Positions 12,404 through 24,019 of a DNA stretch of 64,000 nucleotides are shown here, in pieces. Where the stretch lies: assembly GCA_030390025.1 (NCBI GenBank), contig CM059432.1, positions 15,006,001-15,070,000 on the forward strand, in the 5' to 3' direction. This stretch comes from Squalus acanthias. Lineage: Eukaryota. The notes under the pieces are model-generated. The model was not told the DNA's origin. It searched no databases and saw only the letters and a list, made by a program, of their open reading frames with translations. The position numbers were made by a program, and so were the translations under genes. Numbering within the stretch: the first letter of the stretch is position 1; the number at the start of each line of letters is the position of its first letter.

Positions 12404-12620
12404 AGTCAGTTAATAGAAGCATAGAATACAAATGCAAGTTATGCTAAACCTTTATAAAACACTGATTAGGCCTCAGCTGGAGTATTGTGTTCAATTCTGG
12501 GCACCACATTTTAGAAAGGATGTCAAGACCTGAGAGAGGGTGCAAAAGAGATTGACTAGTATGGTACCAGGGATGAGAGATTTCAGTTATGGGGAGAGAC
12601 TGGAGAAGCTGGGGTTGTTC

Positions 12621-13879
12621 ACCCATCACCCCTGTGCTCGCTGACCTACATTGGCTTCCAGTTAAGCAACGCCTCAATTTCAAAATTCTCATCCTTGTTT
12701 TCAAATCCCTCCATTGCCTCACCCCTCCCTATCTCCCCCCCCCCCGAGATATCTGCGCTCCTCTAATTCTGCCCTCTTGAGAATTCTTGATCCTAATTGC
12801 TCAACCATTAGTGGCCGTGCCTTCTGTTGCCTAGGCCCTGTAGAAAGTATCTACAGACCCTTAATTTTAATATTTCTTGAAATGCTTTGCCAGGCAAAAA
12901 GGTTTTACAAAGTGAAATAACATTGGTGAAGGTAACAAGCAGTCTTTCACTGATAAGGCAGGAAACATGGTTGTGACTGCAGGGGGTAGTGATAGACAAC
13001 AGAGATAAACAAACCCTCTTAGTATTGTAGACATGGTGTCTCTGGTGACTTTTCTGAGGTGAGAAGTCAAAGCTTTGAAGTTTTGAAATGCAGAATACGA
13101 CATAACTCATGAACCTAATCAAGTGGTTTTCTGCCACCTTTGTAAACTTCAGGAGTGAATGAACAATTTTGGGCTGTGATAAGGATAGCCACACAGGACG
13201 TGTGAGTGTGAAAGTTTGACAGCTCAAACAGCTCAGACCAACATTAAAGGAACGTTTCACTATCTCTGAATGATTGATTTAATGCAAAAGACAAGGAAAG
13301 CTGTATAAAGCACAGTAGCTAAAGAATATCGGCACTGCAGTCAGAAGAAAGTGGCTTGGCCAGTCATCTCGCCTATGAGGATCAAGCTGCAGTCGGAGGA
13401 AGGAGGGGCCTGGCCAGTCTTTTCGCTTACGAGGACCTACAATCAACGCTGGACGGATCATCGGCGGGTGGTTGCATGTATGATTTCCTGTATTATTATT
13501 GGTGGACTGCTCGAATAGTGGTTGGGGTTTTGAATCTGTCTCAGGAACAATAAAAGGTTAAAGACAGAACCGGTGTTTCTGGTGTCATTTCTCATAAGTC
13601 TCAAGTCCGAACTCTATAACCTGTTGGACGGGGCGAGGGGTAATTCTGCACGTTATAGCCCTAAGCTCTGGAATAAACCTCTCCGCCTCTCTACCTCTCT
13701 CTTTCTTCATCTTATCTCCTTAAAACCTACCTCTTTGACCAAGCTTTTGGTCACCTGCCCTAATTTCTCCTTATGTGGCCCGGTGTCAAATGTTTTTGTC
13801 TTTTAGTACTCCTGTGAAGCACCTTGGGACGTTTTACTACGTTAAAGGCACTGTATAAATACAAGTTGTTGTTGTTGTT
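12621..13879 (+). mobile_element. L2 3' fragment inserted in CR1 and itself split by an LTR-like element
   Basis: PITPVLADLHWLPVKQRLNFKIL; the L2 segment ctaggccc|taagctctgg is broken at 12838/13662; (gtt)n tail. Confidence 0.85.
12839..13657 (+). mobile_element. Probable solo LTR, 819 bp
   Basis: Starts TGTAGA, ends GTTATA (one change from TACA); exact 4-bp TSD gccc at 12835-12838 and 13658-13661; TATAAA near 13304 and AATAAA near 13549. Confidence 0.75.
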
Positions 13880-15359
13880 AGCAGAGACGGTTAAGAGGAG
13901 ATTTGATAGAGGTGCTCAAAAATCACGAAGGGTTTTTGATAGAGTAAATAAGGAGAAACTGTTTCCAGTGACAGAAGGGTCGGTAACCAGCGGACACAGA
14001 TTTAAGGTGATTGGCAAAAGAACCAGAGGCGACACGAGGACACGTTTTTTACACTGTGAGTTGTTGTGATCTAGAATGCATTGTCTGAAAGGGTGGTGGA
14101 AGCTGATTCAATAGTAACATTCAAAAGGGAATTAGATAAATACTTGAAGGGAAAAAATTTGTGGGGCTACGGGGAAAGTGCAGGGGAGTGGGACGAGTTG
14201 GATAGCTCTACCAAAGAGCCAGCACACGCACAATGGGCTGAATGGACTCCTTCTGTGCTGTATCATTCTATGATTCTAATTTAATTGGTGGCCAAAGCTC
14301 ACATCAGAAGGGAGTTGCTGCCAGCGGAAGCAGCCAGCTCGAGTCTGCGAGGAATTTTTAACGTTGAAATGTTTGGTTCAAGTTACTGCAGATTTCTCTT
14401 GGGTGAGGGAAAGGAGCAGTAGTTTCTGTGACCTTGAGTTGGAATGTCATGATCTGGGGTCCCTAAAACATAACTTGTGGTCCAGGTGGAGAGAACCCAT
14501 ACATCACATAGCCTTTAGGAAGGAAGTGGTGGTATAAGCGATGTCATGAAGGGAGGTGGTGATCTACACGCCCTCAGGGTGAAAAGCAATGTGTTATGGA
14601 GGATATACGCAGGGAAGCAGTAGTCTGGGTAACTTCAGGACACAAAGCCCTTGGTCTAGGCAATTAAGGAGCCTGTAGTCATGCAATCTTGGGAAGTCAA
14701 GCAAAATCCTCAGGGATTAACACAACAATCAGGACATTTCCAGGGGGAAGTGCACAGGGACAGGCTGTCTCATGGGGAAATGGTACAAAAGTAGCTGATG
14801 ATGAGAAAACGGTAAATATGATTTTTATATCTACCATTTTCAGGCCGCACCAAGAAAAGTGATTCAACTGTCAAAACATCAACTAATAGCAGTGGCTGAA
14901 TATTAGCTGAGGGCCAAAAAGAACTGACTCATTAAGATGTACAAAGTGCCTGTTTGCAGAAGTTAATCGAAATTGACTTTCATAAAACATTACTCGCTAC
15001 AGGTGACGAAAGCAGAAAATGCTGGAAATGCACAGCAGCGTCAGTCAGCCCCTTAAAGAGGGAGAATGTGGCCATGAATTTGTGGCCCATCCAGCACATG
15101 CCTGCCGTGACTTTGACAGGAGTACGCCGGAAGGGACGGATATTAGGACGGGACCTGGATTCGCCTTGTGTTGGAGATCCCGGGATAGTCGGTTATGGGG
15201 TGGAGGCTCCAACCTCCCAAAACAAGGCCGAAGAGGTGGGTGGGCAGCTCCTGCTTTCCTGACCCTCGGAGGAATCTGGCACAGGTTCAACTAAAGTACA
15301 TCTGGTGAGACCCACCTGCCAACTTGCGGAAGTGGTGCACACCTGGGGGCCCAGGCTGC

Positions 15360-15458
15360 CGACCAAGAGCTGGAGGCTGGGTAGCTCTTTTTCGGCCGGC
15401 ACAGACACGATCGGCCGAATGGCCTCCTTCTGCGCTGTAAATTTCTATGATTCTATGA
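15360..15458 (+). mobile_element. CR1-type 3' tail
   Basis: ggccgaatggcctccttctgcgctgtaaatttctatgattctatg. Confidence 0.75.
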
Positions 15459-15707
15459 AATTTTTCCTGCCTTCCTCCTTGCCACTTTCATAAGCCTCTA
15501 AACCTAGCTCATCGATCGTGCATTTGGTCACTTCCCCTATCCCGCCTTCCAAACTCTTGGGGTGTCTGACTGTAACCGCCCCCCTTGCCCACCCCACCAA
15601 CAGAAGTCAGTGTCCCAAAGTTTCCACCACAGACCAATTCTCCAATCCTTGCTCCCATCAGATGAGGCTCTGTGCTGGAAGTAGAGCCGTCCAAAATTTA
15701 TCCTTTT

Positions 15708-15918
15708 ATCATAGAATCATACAGCACAGAAGGAGGCCATTCGGCCCATCGTGCCTAGGCCGGCTCTTTGAAAGAGCTATCCAATTAGTCCCACTCGTCT
15801 GCTCTTTCCCCATAGCCCTGCAAATTATATTCCTTTTCAAGTATTTATCCAATTCCCTTTTGAAAGTTACCACTGAATCTGCTTTCACCAGCCTCTCAGG
15901 CAGTGCACGCCAGATCAT
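15708..15918 (-). mobile_element. CR1 3' fragment
   Basis: LPERLVKADSVVTFKRELDKYL plus tail; reverse-complement homologue of about 14090-14278. Confidence 0.88.
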
Positions 15919-17959
15919 TATTTCACCTCAAAATAACAGGTTGGAATTTAAAATCAATATTTAGAAAGAAGTTACAGGAGTGACATTCGTTGGATAATGA
16001 CAATTCACAAATGTAACGTGACAGTTGCTGTATAATTGGACCCACGGTGTTGGCACGAGCAGGAATGCCCCCTGCTGCCAGGGGTCAGTGGAGCTAATAA
16101 CAAACAGATGGTTATTCGGAGCTGGGAGTGTAGGCAGTCTCTTGTGGAATACGCTGACATGTCTACCCTGAAATACTGCAGGCTGAGAGGATTTGGGTAG
16201 AAATAGTTGATACTGAAGTAAAAAAAAAGAGTTTCAAAATCTATTATGTGTCAGCCGAAGAAGATGTTCCAGAATTACATTTTAATTTACCTTTCAAACC
16301 TTCAACAAATATCTCTCCACTAATATATGAAGCCTATAGAGACTCATGAAAACCATCACAGATCCTGCTTAATGCAGTCCCATTGTATTTGGTATTTATA
16401 CTGATGAACGCAACTAAACAGCACAAGACTGATAAAGTCACGAGTGTATTATGCTATTGACTCTATGCGTTGTATCAATGTCACACACGGACAGGTACTT
16501 GTGTTTGCTATTTACACTCTGCTTTTTCCTTTGTTTTGAAGCGCCTTGGAATGTTTTACTACGTTAAAGGCGCTATATAAATACAGGTGGTTGTTTTTGA
16601 ATTTCCCTCCACTTCAGTTTTTCCTCTTTCCCGAAGGCACTGGCTCAGGCTGGGATATGGTTCCATAACTGCTCGACACACTCTGGTACTTCAGTGAAAT
16701 GGCTACCTTTTTTTTCCCCACTTGTCAACTTTCTGCACCAATTTCCTTCCTTTCTGCTCTTCTGGCGGCATTGTTGCGATATGGTCCCGCCAGCAACTAT
16801 TTCCCTCACCCAAGTGGCCATTATTCATGTGTGAGCCGTGACTATTTGAACATGTGCACCGCAGTAAAACCCTTTCCTGTCCTCACTTGATGTCCATATG
16901 CGTACACTTCCAAGGAACCCTAACCAATTTTTTCTTCATCCTAGCATAGGATACTGAAGCCAATCAGACCCTCTCCAGTGCCATCCTAGCTCAAATTAAC
17001 CAACTCACCACAGAATTAGACTTGGGACATACCTGGTAGTGATGGTGGCTATGTTACTGAATGACAGTTCATATTTTTAAGTATGAATTTCTTGAGTCAA
17101 TGTGTACTATTTACAGGGGTGGATGATGGTGTGGTACCTGATGGTTCTTCAAGTAGTTTTATTGTATTGGAAGTTGCCTCAGTCTACAATATTTCTGTGA
17201 AGAAGACCACAAGGAAAGTAGGCTACACACAAACTGGTAACTGTGTGTGTTGGTGTGTGTGTGTGTGTGTATTATTATATACATGCGGACACATGAGTGA
17301 GAGTCAGAAGTTCCTGGGTAACTCAATCTACAGAACCACATTCCTAGTTCTGAACAGCTATTTGAGGGCTCGGTGTTGCACATATGCGTGTCTCTTGCCT
17401 TGGAGCTGGTCTGTGCAGAATGAATCAAATCCAACCAGCATTACAGCATGGGGTAGATTTTCATCTTCACTGCCTGGGTGGTAATCTGGCAGAGCGGATT
17501 CCTCACCCTTTATAGAACATGCCTGATTTCAATGCTCTATATAGGGCAGGTGATCCACTTCACCAGATTATCACCCAGGCGAAGATGATTGGCATCCTGT
17601 TCACTGGCTTAAACATCCACTCCCTCCACCACTGTACTACTGTAACCCATCTTCTGACGAGAGTGGCTTCCCCGCTGAGGTCAGAGTTAAAATAGCGGTC
17701 GGGGCCCAGTAACGTCATTGGATATTTAAAGGTGATTCGCACCAGCTTGAGGCAGGCGCCTTTGTCACCTGCTCAGAAGAGTAGGTCAAGATCGAAGACA
17801 GCGGGATCCAGACGGGACATCGGAGGATAAGTCACCGGCCGCGTAGGGTTAAGATTGAACGCTACACACCCGGGTTTGAATATACCAGTCAATTACATTG
17901 CTGTCACATTGCATTTGACTCTCAAACTTTAACAACACTGTATAATATTTATTACTTAC

Positions 17960-18268
17960 CATCTTCATCTGTCTGGATCATAAGCTCGTCACTTTCCTTT
18001 CTTCCCTCTGAGTTCATCAGGACCAGTTTCACGCTGACATTAGTGTATGGTGACAGACCGCGTAGGGTATATTGTGGTCGAATATGTCCCGTCTCCTGGC
18101 AGACTTCTTCACCCACGTGCTCTTGACCTCCCACCACATACCGGTAATGGGCGGTAAGGTTGAAGCTGTGGCAGCGGGTCACATTGTAACCGAATGGCTC
18201 CCAGCGGATGGTGATTTGTCTGGACTTGATCTCCACAACTTCCATATTCCTCGGTCCATGCATGGGAT
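17960..18268 (-). CDS. PTPRM: Internal coding exon (probably exon 8, FN3 repeat) of receptor-type tyrosine-protein phosphatase mu
   Basis: Translates as (D)PMHGPRNMEVVEIKSRQITIRWEPFGYNVTRCHSFNLTAHYRY...LSPYTNVSVKLVLMNSEGRKESDELMIQTDED, closer to recalled PTPRM than to PTPRT/K/U. Acceptor ttctttttccgtttaaaAG (AG = ct at 18269-18270), donor GTAAGT (GT = ac at 17958-17959). 309 nt, phase 1-1. Confidence 0.93.
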
Positions 18269-18669
18269 CTTTTAAACGGAAAAAGAATATCCATAATTAC
18301 TCCAGAATATCCATCATTGGGGGACGGTTTCCTCTGTGCTAAGAAATCATAAACTTGTGATAAAGAACATGTTTTATAATTTTGTTCATTGGAGAGCAAG
18401 AGGAAAACTACCCCATCTCATTTGGAAGTATGAACTAGTCTTCTGAACTGTCCAACAGTATTCAAAACATTCTCATCTGTCAACTTTTAAACATTCATAG
18501 ACTGATGTTCTTTAATAAATAATCATGATTCCTCATAAGTTACTCAGCCATGCTGTGTAGAGGAAGAGGGGAGTGGGTAAAGAGGTAGGAGAAACTAGAA
18601 GGTTAATCACCTTGTGTCACTCCTGCATACCTGCCAGTAGTTAGTTCAAGAATGCTATTGGCTTATTCT

Positions 18670-19080
18670 CCTAATGGCTCAGCTAGTTCACCTGGATAAG
18701 TGGCTGAGCCATGGAACGATTACAGGTTCAACCCCTGGTTTGTGCTCATTTAGCTAATCTCAAGCAGGGCAGCAGCATGGGCAGTACATTCAGCCTCAGC
18801 ACTCTTGGGCGAGGGAAGGGGATACCAGCCAAGCTTTCCTGATCAATACCAAGTCACTCCTGTTGAAAGGGAACATGTGGATGTTGGGTAAGAGACAGAT
18901 CTGTCACGGCTGTGATGCTGCCGTGATTGAATATTCTCCCAACGCTCACTTTCAAGCCTCACACAATGGCCACTTGGATGAGGTAGTGGTGGGGTGGCAA
19001 CTGGTGTCCTTAGAACTGTATCCCGGGAAGAAGTCACTGCCTTCAGGAGAATACGGGAGGGGAAGAAAGTTGGGAAGTGA
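18670..19080 (+). mobile_element. Old tRNA-headed SINE-like repeat (family not named); representative copy
   Basis: A-box-like TGGCTCAGCTAG, B-box-like GGTTCAACCCC; body motifs ttagctgatctc, ggctgtgatgc and atggccacttgg recur in about ten places in the window. Confidence 0.65.
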
Positions 19081-19572
19081 TACTGGCAGATGCCTAGAAG
19101 CAAGCACCTGGCACCTTCTCAGCTGGAAAACTTCGTATGGTCAGTGTGGAAAGGGGTAAGGGGGTAAAACTAACTAAAAAATATGGGCAGGTAATTAGTT
19201 AAAAGGTATTGTTGCAAACTAGCTCAACAATTCCAGCAATCTTAAAGAAAATCCAAGTCAATTAACCAAGTATGATTCAACCTGCCTGTTTATCCCCAGC
19301 TGTTGTAACTTCGAAGTTAGTAACAATCTCCACATGGTTAAAATAAAACAGACATTTCACATGAAACATTGAAGCAGATGCTTGCTGTCTAAAGATCTCG
19401 GAATAATGATGACAAGTATCTAGGTTAAACCTAACAACAGTTTGGTAATTTGGGGGTGGGGGTGGGGGTGGGGGGGAGGAGATATTACGTTTAGTATGAA
19501 CTTTAACCCCAGTAAATACCATTTAATATTCAATTATATTTCTGTCAAAAGCCAACATCTTGATTAAACAGT

Positions 19573-20303
19573 GGGGGAGAAATTCAGTATCGCCCTGTTT
19601 GAGGCGCTAAATTTTCAAAGCCAGGCGCTAATGATTCTCAGCTTTCTCTAAATTGGGTGTTAGCGCTCCAGGAAGGAAGTGGAGCACTAAATCAAGCGCC
19701 ACCTCTTCCCTTCTGGAGCTCTGAACCACGCAGGAGGGACGGTAGAGGTGCAGCGCTGCACAATGTCCCGTGCAGCGCCGCCGCGATCCGAGGCTCCTTC
19801 CCTCCCTTAAAGGGAAGGGCCATCGCTGCAGGCTCTGCATTTCAACGATGTCCCTCGTCGCCGACGGCAGCCGGGATCCGCGACGATCAGCCCCGAGCAC
19901 TCGAACACAGCGCAGGGCTGATCAATCGCGGCAGTTCAAAATTTTCAAATGGCAAGTTAACGGATGGAAACAAATTTTTTCTGCAGACCAGCGGCCTTTC
20001 CTTTAATTACCGCTCCCGAAGCGCTCGGCCTCCCGAACAACGCCTCCTGCAGCTGTCGGTGTTATCGCCCGGCGATGCTGCAGGGGGCGGAACCGAATTT
20101 CGGGTCCGGGGCGCTACGCAGCCGGATGACGTCACGGTCTCCGGGCACAGGAGAGCGTGGCGCTAGGGGTTACTGCCGCCGCAAACCTCCAGGTGAATTT
20201 CACGGGCGGCGGTACTATTGCTGGGCGGTAAGTTGTTAGCACCCCATTATCGCGCTCCACGGAGGCACTAACGGGAGGCGTAAAGGAGACGAATTTCTAG
20301 CCC
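19573..20303. mobile_element. PIF/Harbinger-type MITE
   Basis: Ends GGGGGAGAAATTC / GAATTTCTAGCCC with 3-bp TSD agt; left end matches the reverse complement of the right end of 50347-51214. Confidence 0.8.
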
Positions 20304-20489
20304 AGTCTTCTAACCTTAACTTGATCCTGAGCTAGGAGCATCAAATGTTTGATACTGATAAAGTATTACAGCATTTCATATTTTGATACTTGAGAAGATG
20401 TATTGTCTTTGTTTATTAATGCTGTAGACATGAATGACTATAAATTCATTATAGCCCAGGAATCGGCGGTATCATTGGAAAAGTTTGAG

Positions 20490-21960
20490 AATTAGCGCCA
20501 GGCGCTAATGCTTTAGACTGCACGTAAAATTAATTCTCACTGCTCAAAGAAATGATTGGCACGCTAATTCAAGTCTTAAAGGCCGAGCTCATTGGCGTTA
20601 CACTTAAAGGTGGACCAATATCGGGTGCAGTCTAATCGCAACTCAGCATTGCCACAGGCTTTTCCCAGGTCTTAAAGGGGTGGTTCATTGATACTGCAGC
20701 ACCTCATTCTCAGCAATGCTGGCTGTGTAGCTGCCTCAGCAAGGAGAAGCACAACAAGGAGAAGGAGCCGGAGGACTGAAGCAGGTGTGCTCATGGGAGA
20801 TCCACCTCAGTCGGGTGGTCAGGGTGAGTGAATGCTTCAACAAATGCTACATACCACCATCTGTACCACAAACTTCACACACTGCCTAAAGCACCACACC
20901 TCCAACACTCACCCACCAACAATCTCTACCTACCAACACTCACACTCACATCTCACACCTTGCACACAATGACAGCCATTCAACTATGGCAGGCACAAGG
21001 CTCATTAGTTATTAGAATGAATGTGATATGTGTGATATGTTTATGCATAAATTTATTAATGGAGTTTGCAATATCTTGTGCTCTCTCTCATTTCACCTTT
21101 GTGCCAAGGAGGACGCTGTGATATAGCATGACACAGGGATGGTACGATGGGCATGTGGTGAGCAAAAGGGATCGGCGGTTTAAGTCATCCTGCTGTGAGG
21201 CTGGAGATCTGTTTGGAGGAGGTGGCAGAGTTCTGTGACCACCTCCTTGGTGATGCGGAGCCGTCTAATACACTGCTCCTCGCTTAATTGAAGGTGGGAG
21301 AAGTGCTGTCGGAATACCCTCGGAGGGTAAGGCCTCCTGGTGAGAGCCCTGATGTCCCTCCTCATCCCTCTGCGCACATGTTCCCGTATTTCTCGCTGCC
21401 TACGCTCCCTCCGCCGTAGATCCTGGAGGGCGAGGTGGCATTCCAGTACAGCCCCCATTAACGTTGCCAAGTGTAGCAGTTTGAATCTTTGAACAATAAA
21501 TGTAGCTACTTTGTAGTTGCCAGAAGACTGCTGATACAAAGGAAGCTTGAAATTACTCATAGGAACTGTTCTACTGGGTGAAACTGACAACAAACCATTG
21601 AAACTAACCTGCCCTGACAGTTGAGAGTGATTAATGCTGATGCCTTTAAATGACGTCGCTGGAGCCAGCTTCCTGGAGATGCACGCCAGCTCTCCCTGTC
21701 GCTGTCTGGTCGAGGCGCTACGGTATTTTCCAGATCGGGCGGCCAGTGAGCGTTGCACACTCACTGATATCATGATCTGCAAGGTGTTGAAGTCCCCGGC
21801 GGTACCTCGTACCGGCAGCGCAACGGGGGTTGGGGGGGGGGGGGGGCTGGATTTGCCGTGTGTCGCTGGATTCGCCTCGCCCTGGCGCTACTGCATCAGC
21901 GCCCCGTTACCGCCATCTGCTGGCGCTAACAGGAGGCGTAAGGTGCCCAATCTTTCCCCC
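20490..21960 (-). mobile_element. Deleted PIF/Harbinger element with a transposase N-terminal remnant
   Basis: 21180-21458 encodes MGAVLE...RRPYPPRVFRQHFSHLQLSEEQCIRRLRITKEVVTELCHLLQTDL (HARBI1-like N-terminus); terminus caatctttccccc is the reverse complement of GGGGGAAAGATTG. Other end uncertain. Confidence 0.75.
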
Positions 21961-23462
21961 ATTGACTTTAAACACCTTTATATAATATAGAGTCACAATT
22001 TTGATATTCTGCTCATAAAAGAATGAAACATCAGACTAAAAAGAAATTCCAGTTAACACAGACATTTTCCTTTTAACTCCATAACCAAGTAGAAATAGAA
22101 TGCAAGTATGAATGAATTCAAACATCTTAACCTTGTCTTATTTTGAGATAGTTAGCTGTAGGGCATCAAAATCATTTCCTTGCTGTGACAGTGACAGACA
22201 GTAATCATTTGCAATGGACCATGCATCAAAAGCATATTTGTGAGGGGAATACATCAACTAAATGGTCTTGATCAATGCTCAGTCCTACTCAAGCATGTAC
22301 CAGGCTTTTGTACAAACATGTATTTTACATTTTCATTGACCCGGTTGACAAAATATATCTGTAGGGAAATAAAAAAAAGCCTCCTGTATATTCATTCAAA
22401 GGAACACGGCCACAAGTCAATCACTGGAGTGTTTTAGATTACACTCGTTTGCTGGGATGAAGATAATTACTTTGAGACTGTGAACCAAATAGCTCTGTGT
22501 GGCATTAAACATGAACAGAAGTATTTGTAGTTAGCTGAGCTGAGTTGCTCTTTCAGAAGGCTAGACTTTGTGGGGTTTAATACGACATGTGACCACTTGC
22601 GCAATGAAGAACAAATCTTGGCCTTGCGAGGGGATCTTCTCCATGCGAGAGGAGTACTTGTAATTGTACTCCTAAGACAAGTAGAGCTGCTCTGGATTAC
22701 TGTCCTTAAGCAGAAGCTTTGTGTGCTTTCATGTCACATACAAATACTGGCACAAGCAATACTTTGTGGACTGTTTTCTAAGCCACGTTCAATGCTTGAG
22801 CTCGAGAGAATTCATTTTCAATCTTACCCTCAAGATAAACCACTTAAAAAAAAAAATTATTCCCAAAACACGATACAAGGGAAAGGCAATTCTTTATATT
22901 AGTAAAGTTACCGCAGCTGTTTGTACAATTAATGACGGTTATGTAAGAAATGTCATCCGAATTATATTGGAGACTCATTACAATATAAAACTCAAGCAGG
23001 ATAACCATCGTCTAAATGATTATGCTACTGAAGAAATATAATTTGAGAATTAGATCCATTCTGGCTCTAATCAACATTTTTTTCCAAGATCAATTTTAAT
23101 TGATGCGTACAAATGCTGTGCTCGCTATAAATAGTTTGAGGGAACTAGCAAACAATCCTGCATTGGCAGTGTTCAACAACACAGGTTGTATTGTTGCTGT
23201 ATATGACATTGCTGAACTCCCAGGTAAATTTGAGCATTTAGCACTCATTAATGGACAGACAAACATGCACAGACGCCAACCTCCGTGTTTGAATTTCCAA
23301 TATGGGCGTCAATCACATGAAGCTTTGTACCAGTGACGCTAAATTGTTCAAGTTAATTCCCTACCCCCACCAGAAGTGCTCTCTGCTGTTCTGATCATCG
23401 AATCATCTGAAGCAATATCACTGCCTTTGAGAGAAGCTAGAGGCAAACAATGAAGATGAAGT

Positions 23463-23960
23463 CACTTTAATTCTCCGCTCCACTCCCACTCTGACCTCTC
23501 TGTCCTCAGCCTCCTACACTGTTCCAATGAAGCCCAACGCAAGCTCGAGGAACAGCACCTCATCTTTCGATTAGGCACTTTACAGCCTTCCGGACTCAAC
23601 ATTGAGTTCAACAATTTCAGATCATAACCTCTGCCCCCATTTTTTTGGATGACAGTTGTTGATGATTCTGCCATCCCCACTTACATCTCTTCTAGACCCA
23701 TCTTTTGTTTCTTTACTTGTCTGATTACCACTCCCCTTTTGCCTACACCATCATCCCTTTTGTCATTCAATCTCTCCTGCCTTCCACCCTATCACAGACC
23801 TTCCCTTTTGTTCTTTCCTCCCCTCCCCGCATTCCCTGCCTCTAACTTTTTCCAGTTCTGACGAAAGGTCATCGACCTGAAACGTTAGCTCTGTTTCTTT
23901 CTCTGCACAGATGCTGCCTGACCTGCTGAGTTGTTTCCACCATTTTCTGTTTTTATTTAT
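23463..23960 (+). mobile_element. Penelope-like element 3' fragment (GIY-YIG C-terminus plus 3' UTR)
   Basis: 23463-23627 translates HFNSPLHSHSDLSVLSLLHCSNEAQRKLEEQHLIFRLGTLQPSGLNIEFNNFRS*, followed by a pyrimidine-rich UTR and a hammerhead motif. Confidence 0.87.
23854..23890 (+). ncRNA. Minimal type I hammerhead ribozyme motif, family A
   Basis: agtt-CTGACGA-aaggtc atc gacct-GAAA-cgtt-agct; stem II aggtc/gacct, stem I with one G-U pair. Confidence 0.75.
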
Positions 23961-24019
23961 GATGATGTTGGGTATCTGGAACTTAACGAGGAAAGGTTCA
24001 AAAGAAATGTCTTGGTCTC

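Larger units (their letters stand above)
11445..14278 (+). mobile_element. CR1 LINE 3' part split by several nested insertions
   Basis: RT motifs DKVPHNRL, PQGLILGPLLFLIYIN, KFADDTK; collinear CR1 pieces resume at about 11963, 12259, 12419 and 13880 and end in an attctatg tail. Confidence 0.88.

Noticed and set aside
17952..18263. 103-aa ORF as a stand-alone gene
   Set aside because: It is an internal exon; the ATG is internal and the stop lies past the splice donor.
19573..20303. CpG island or alternative promoter
   Set aside because: The CpG-rich tract coincides exactly with a TIR- and TSD-bounded MITE.
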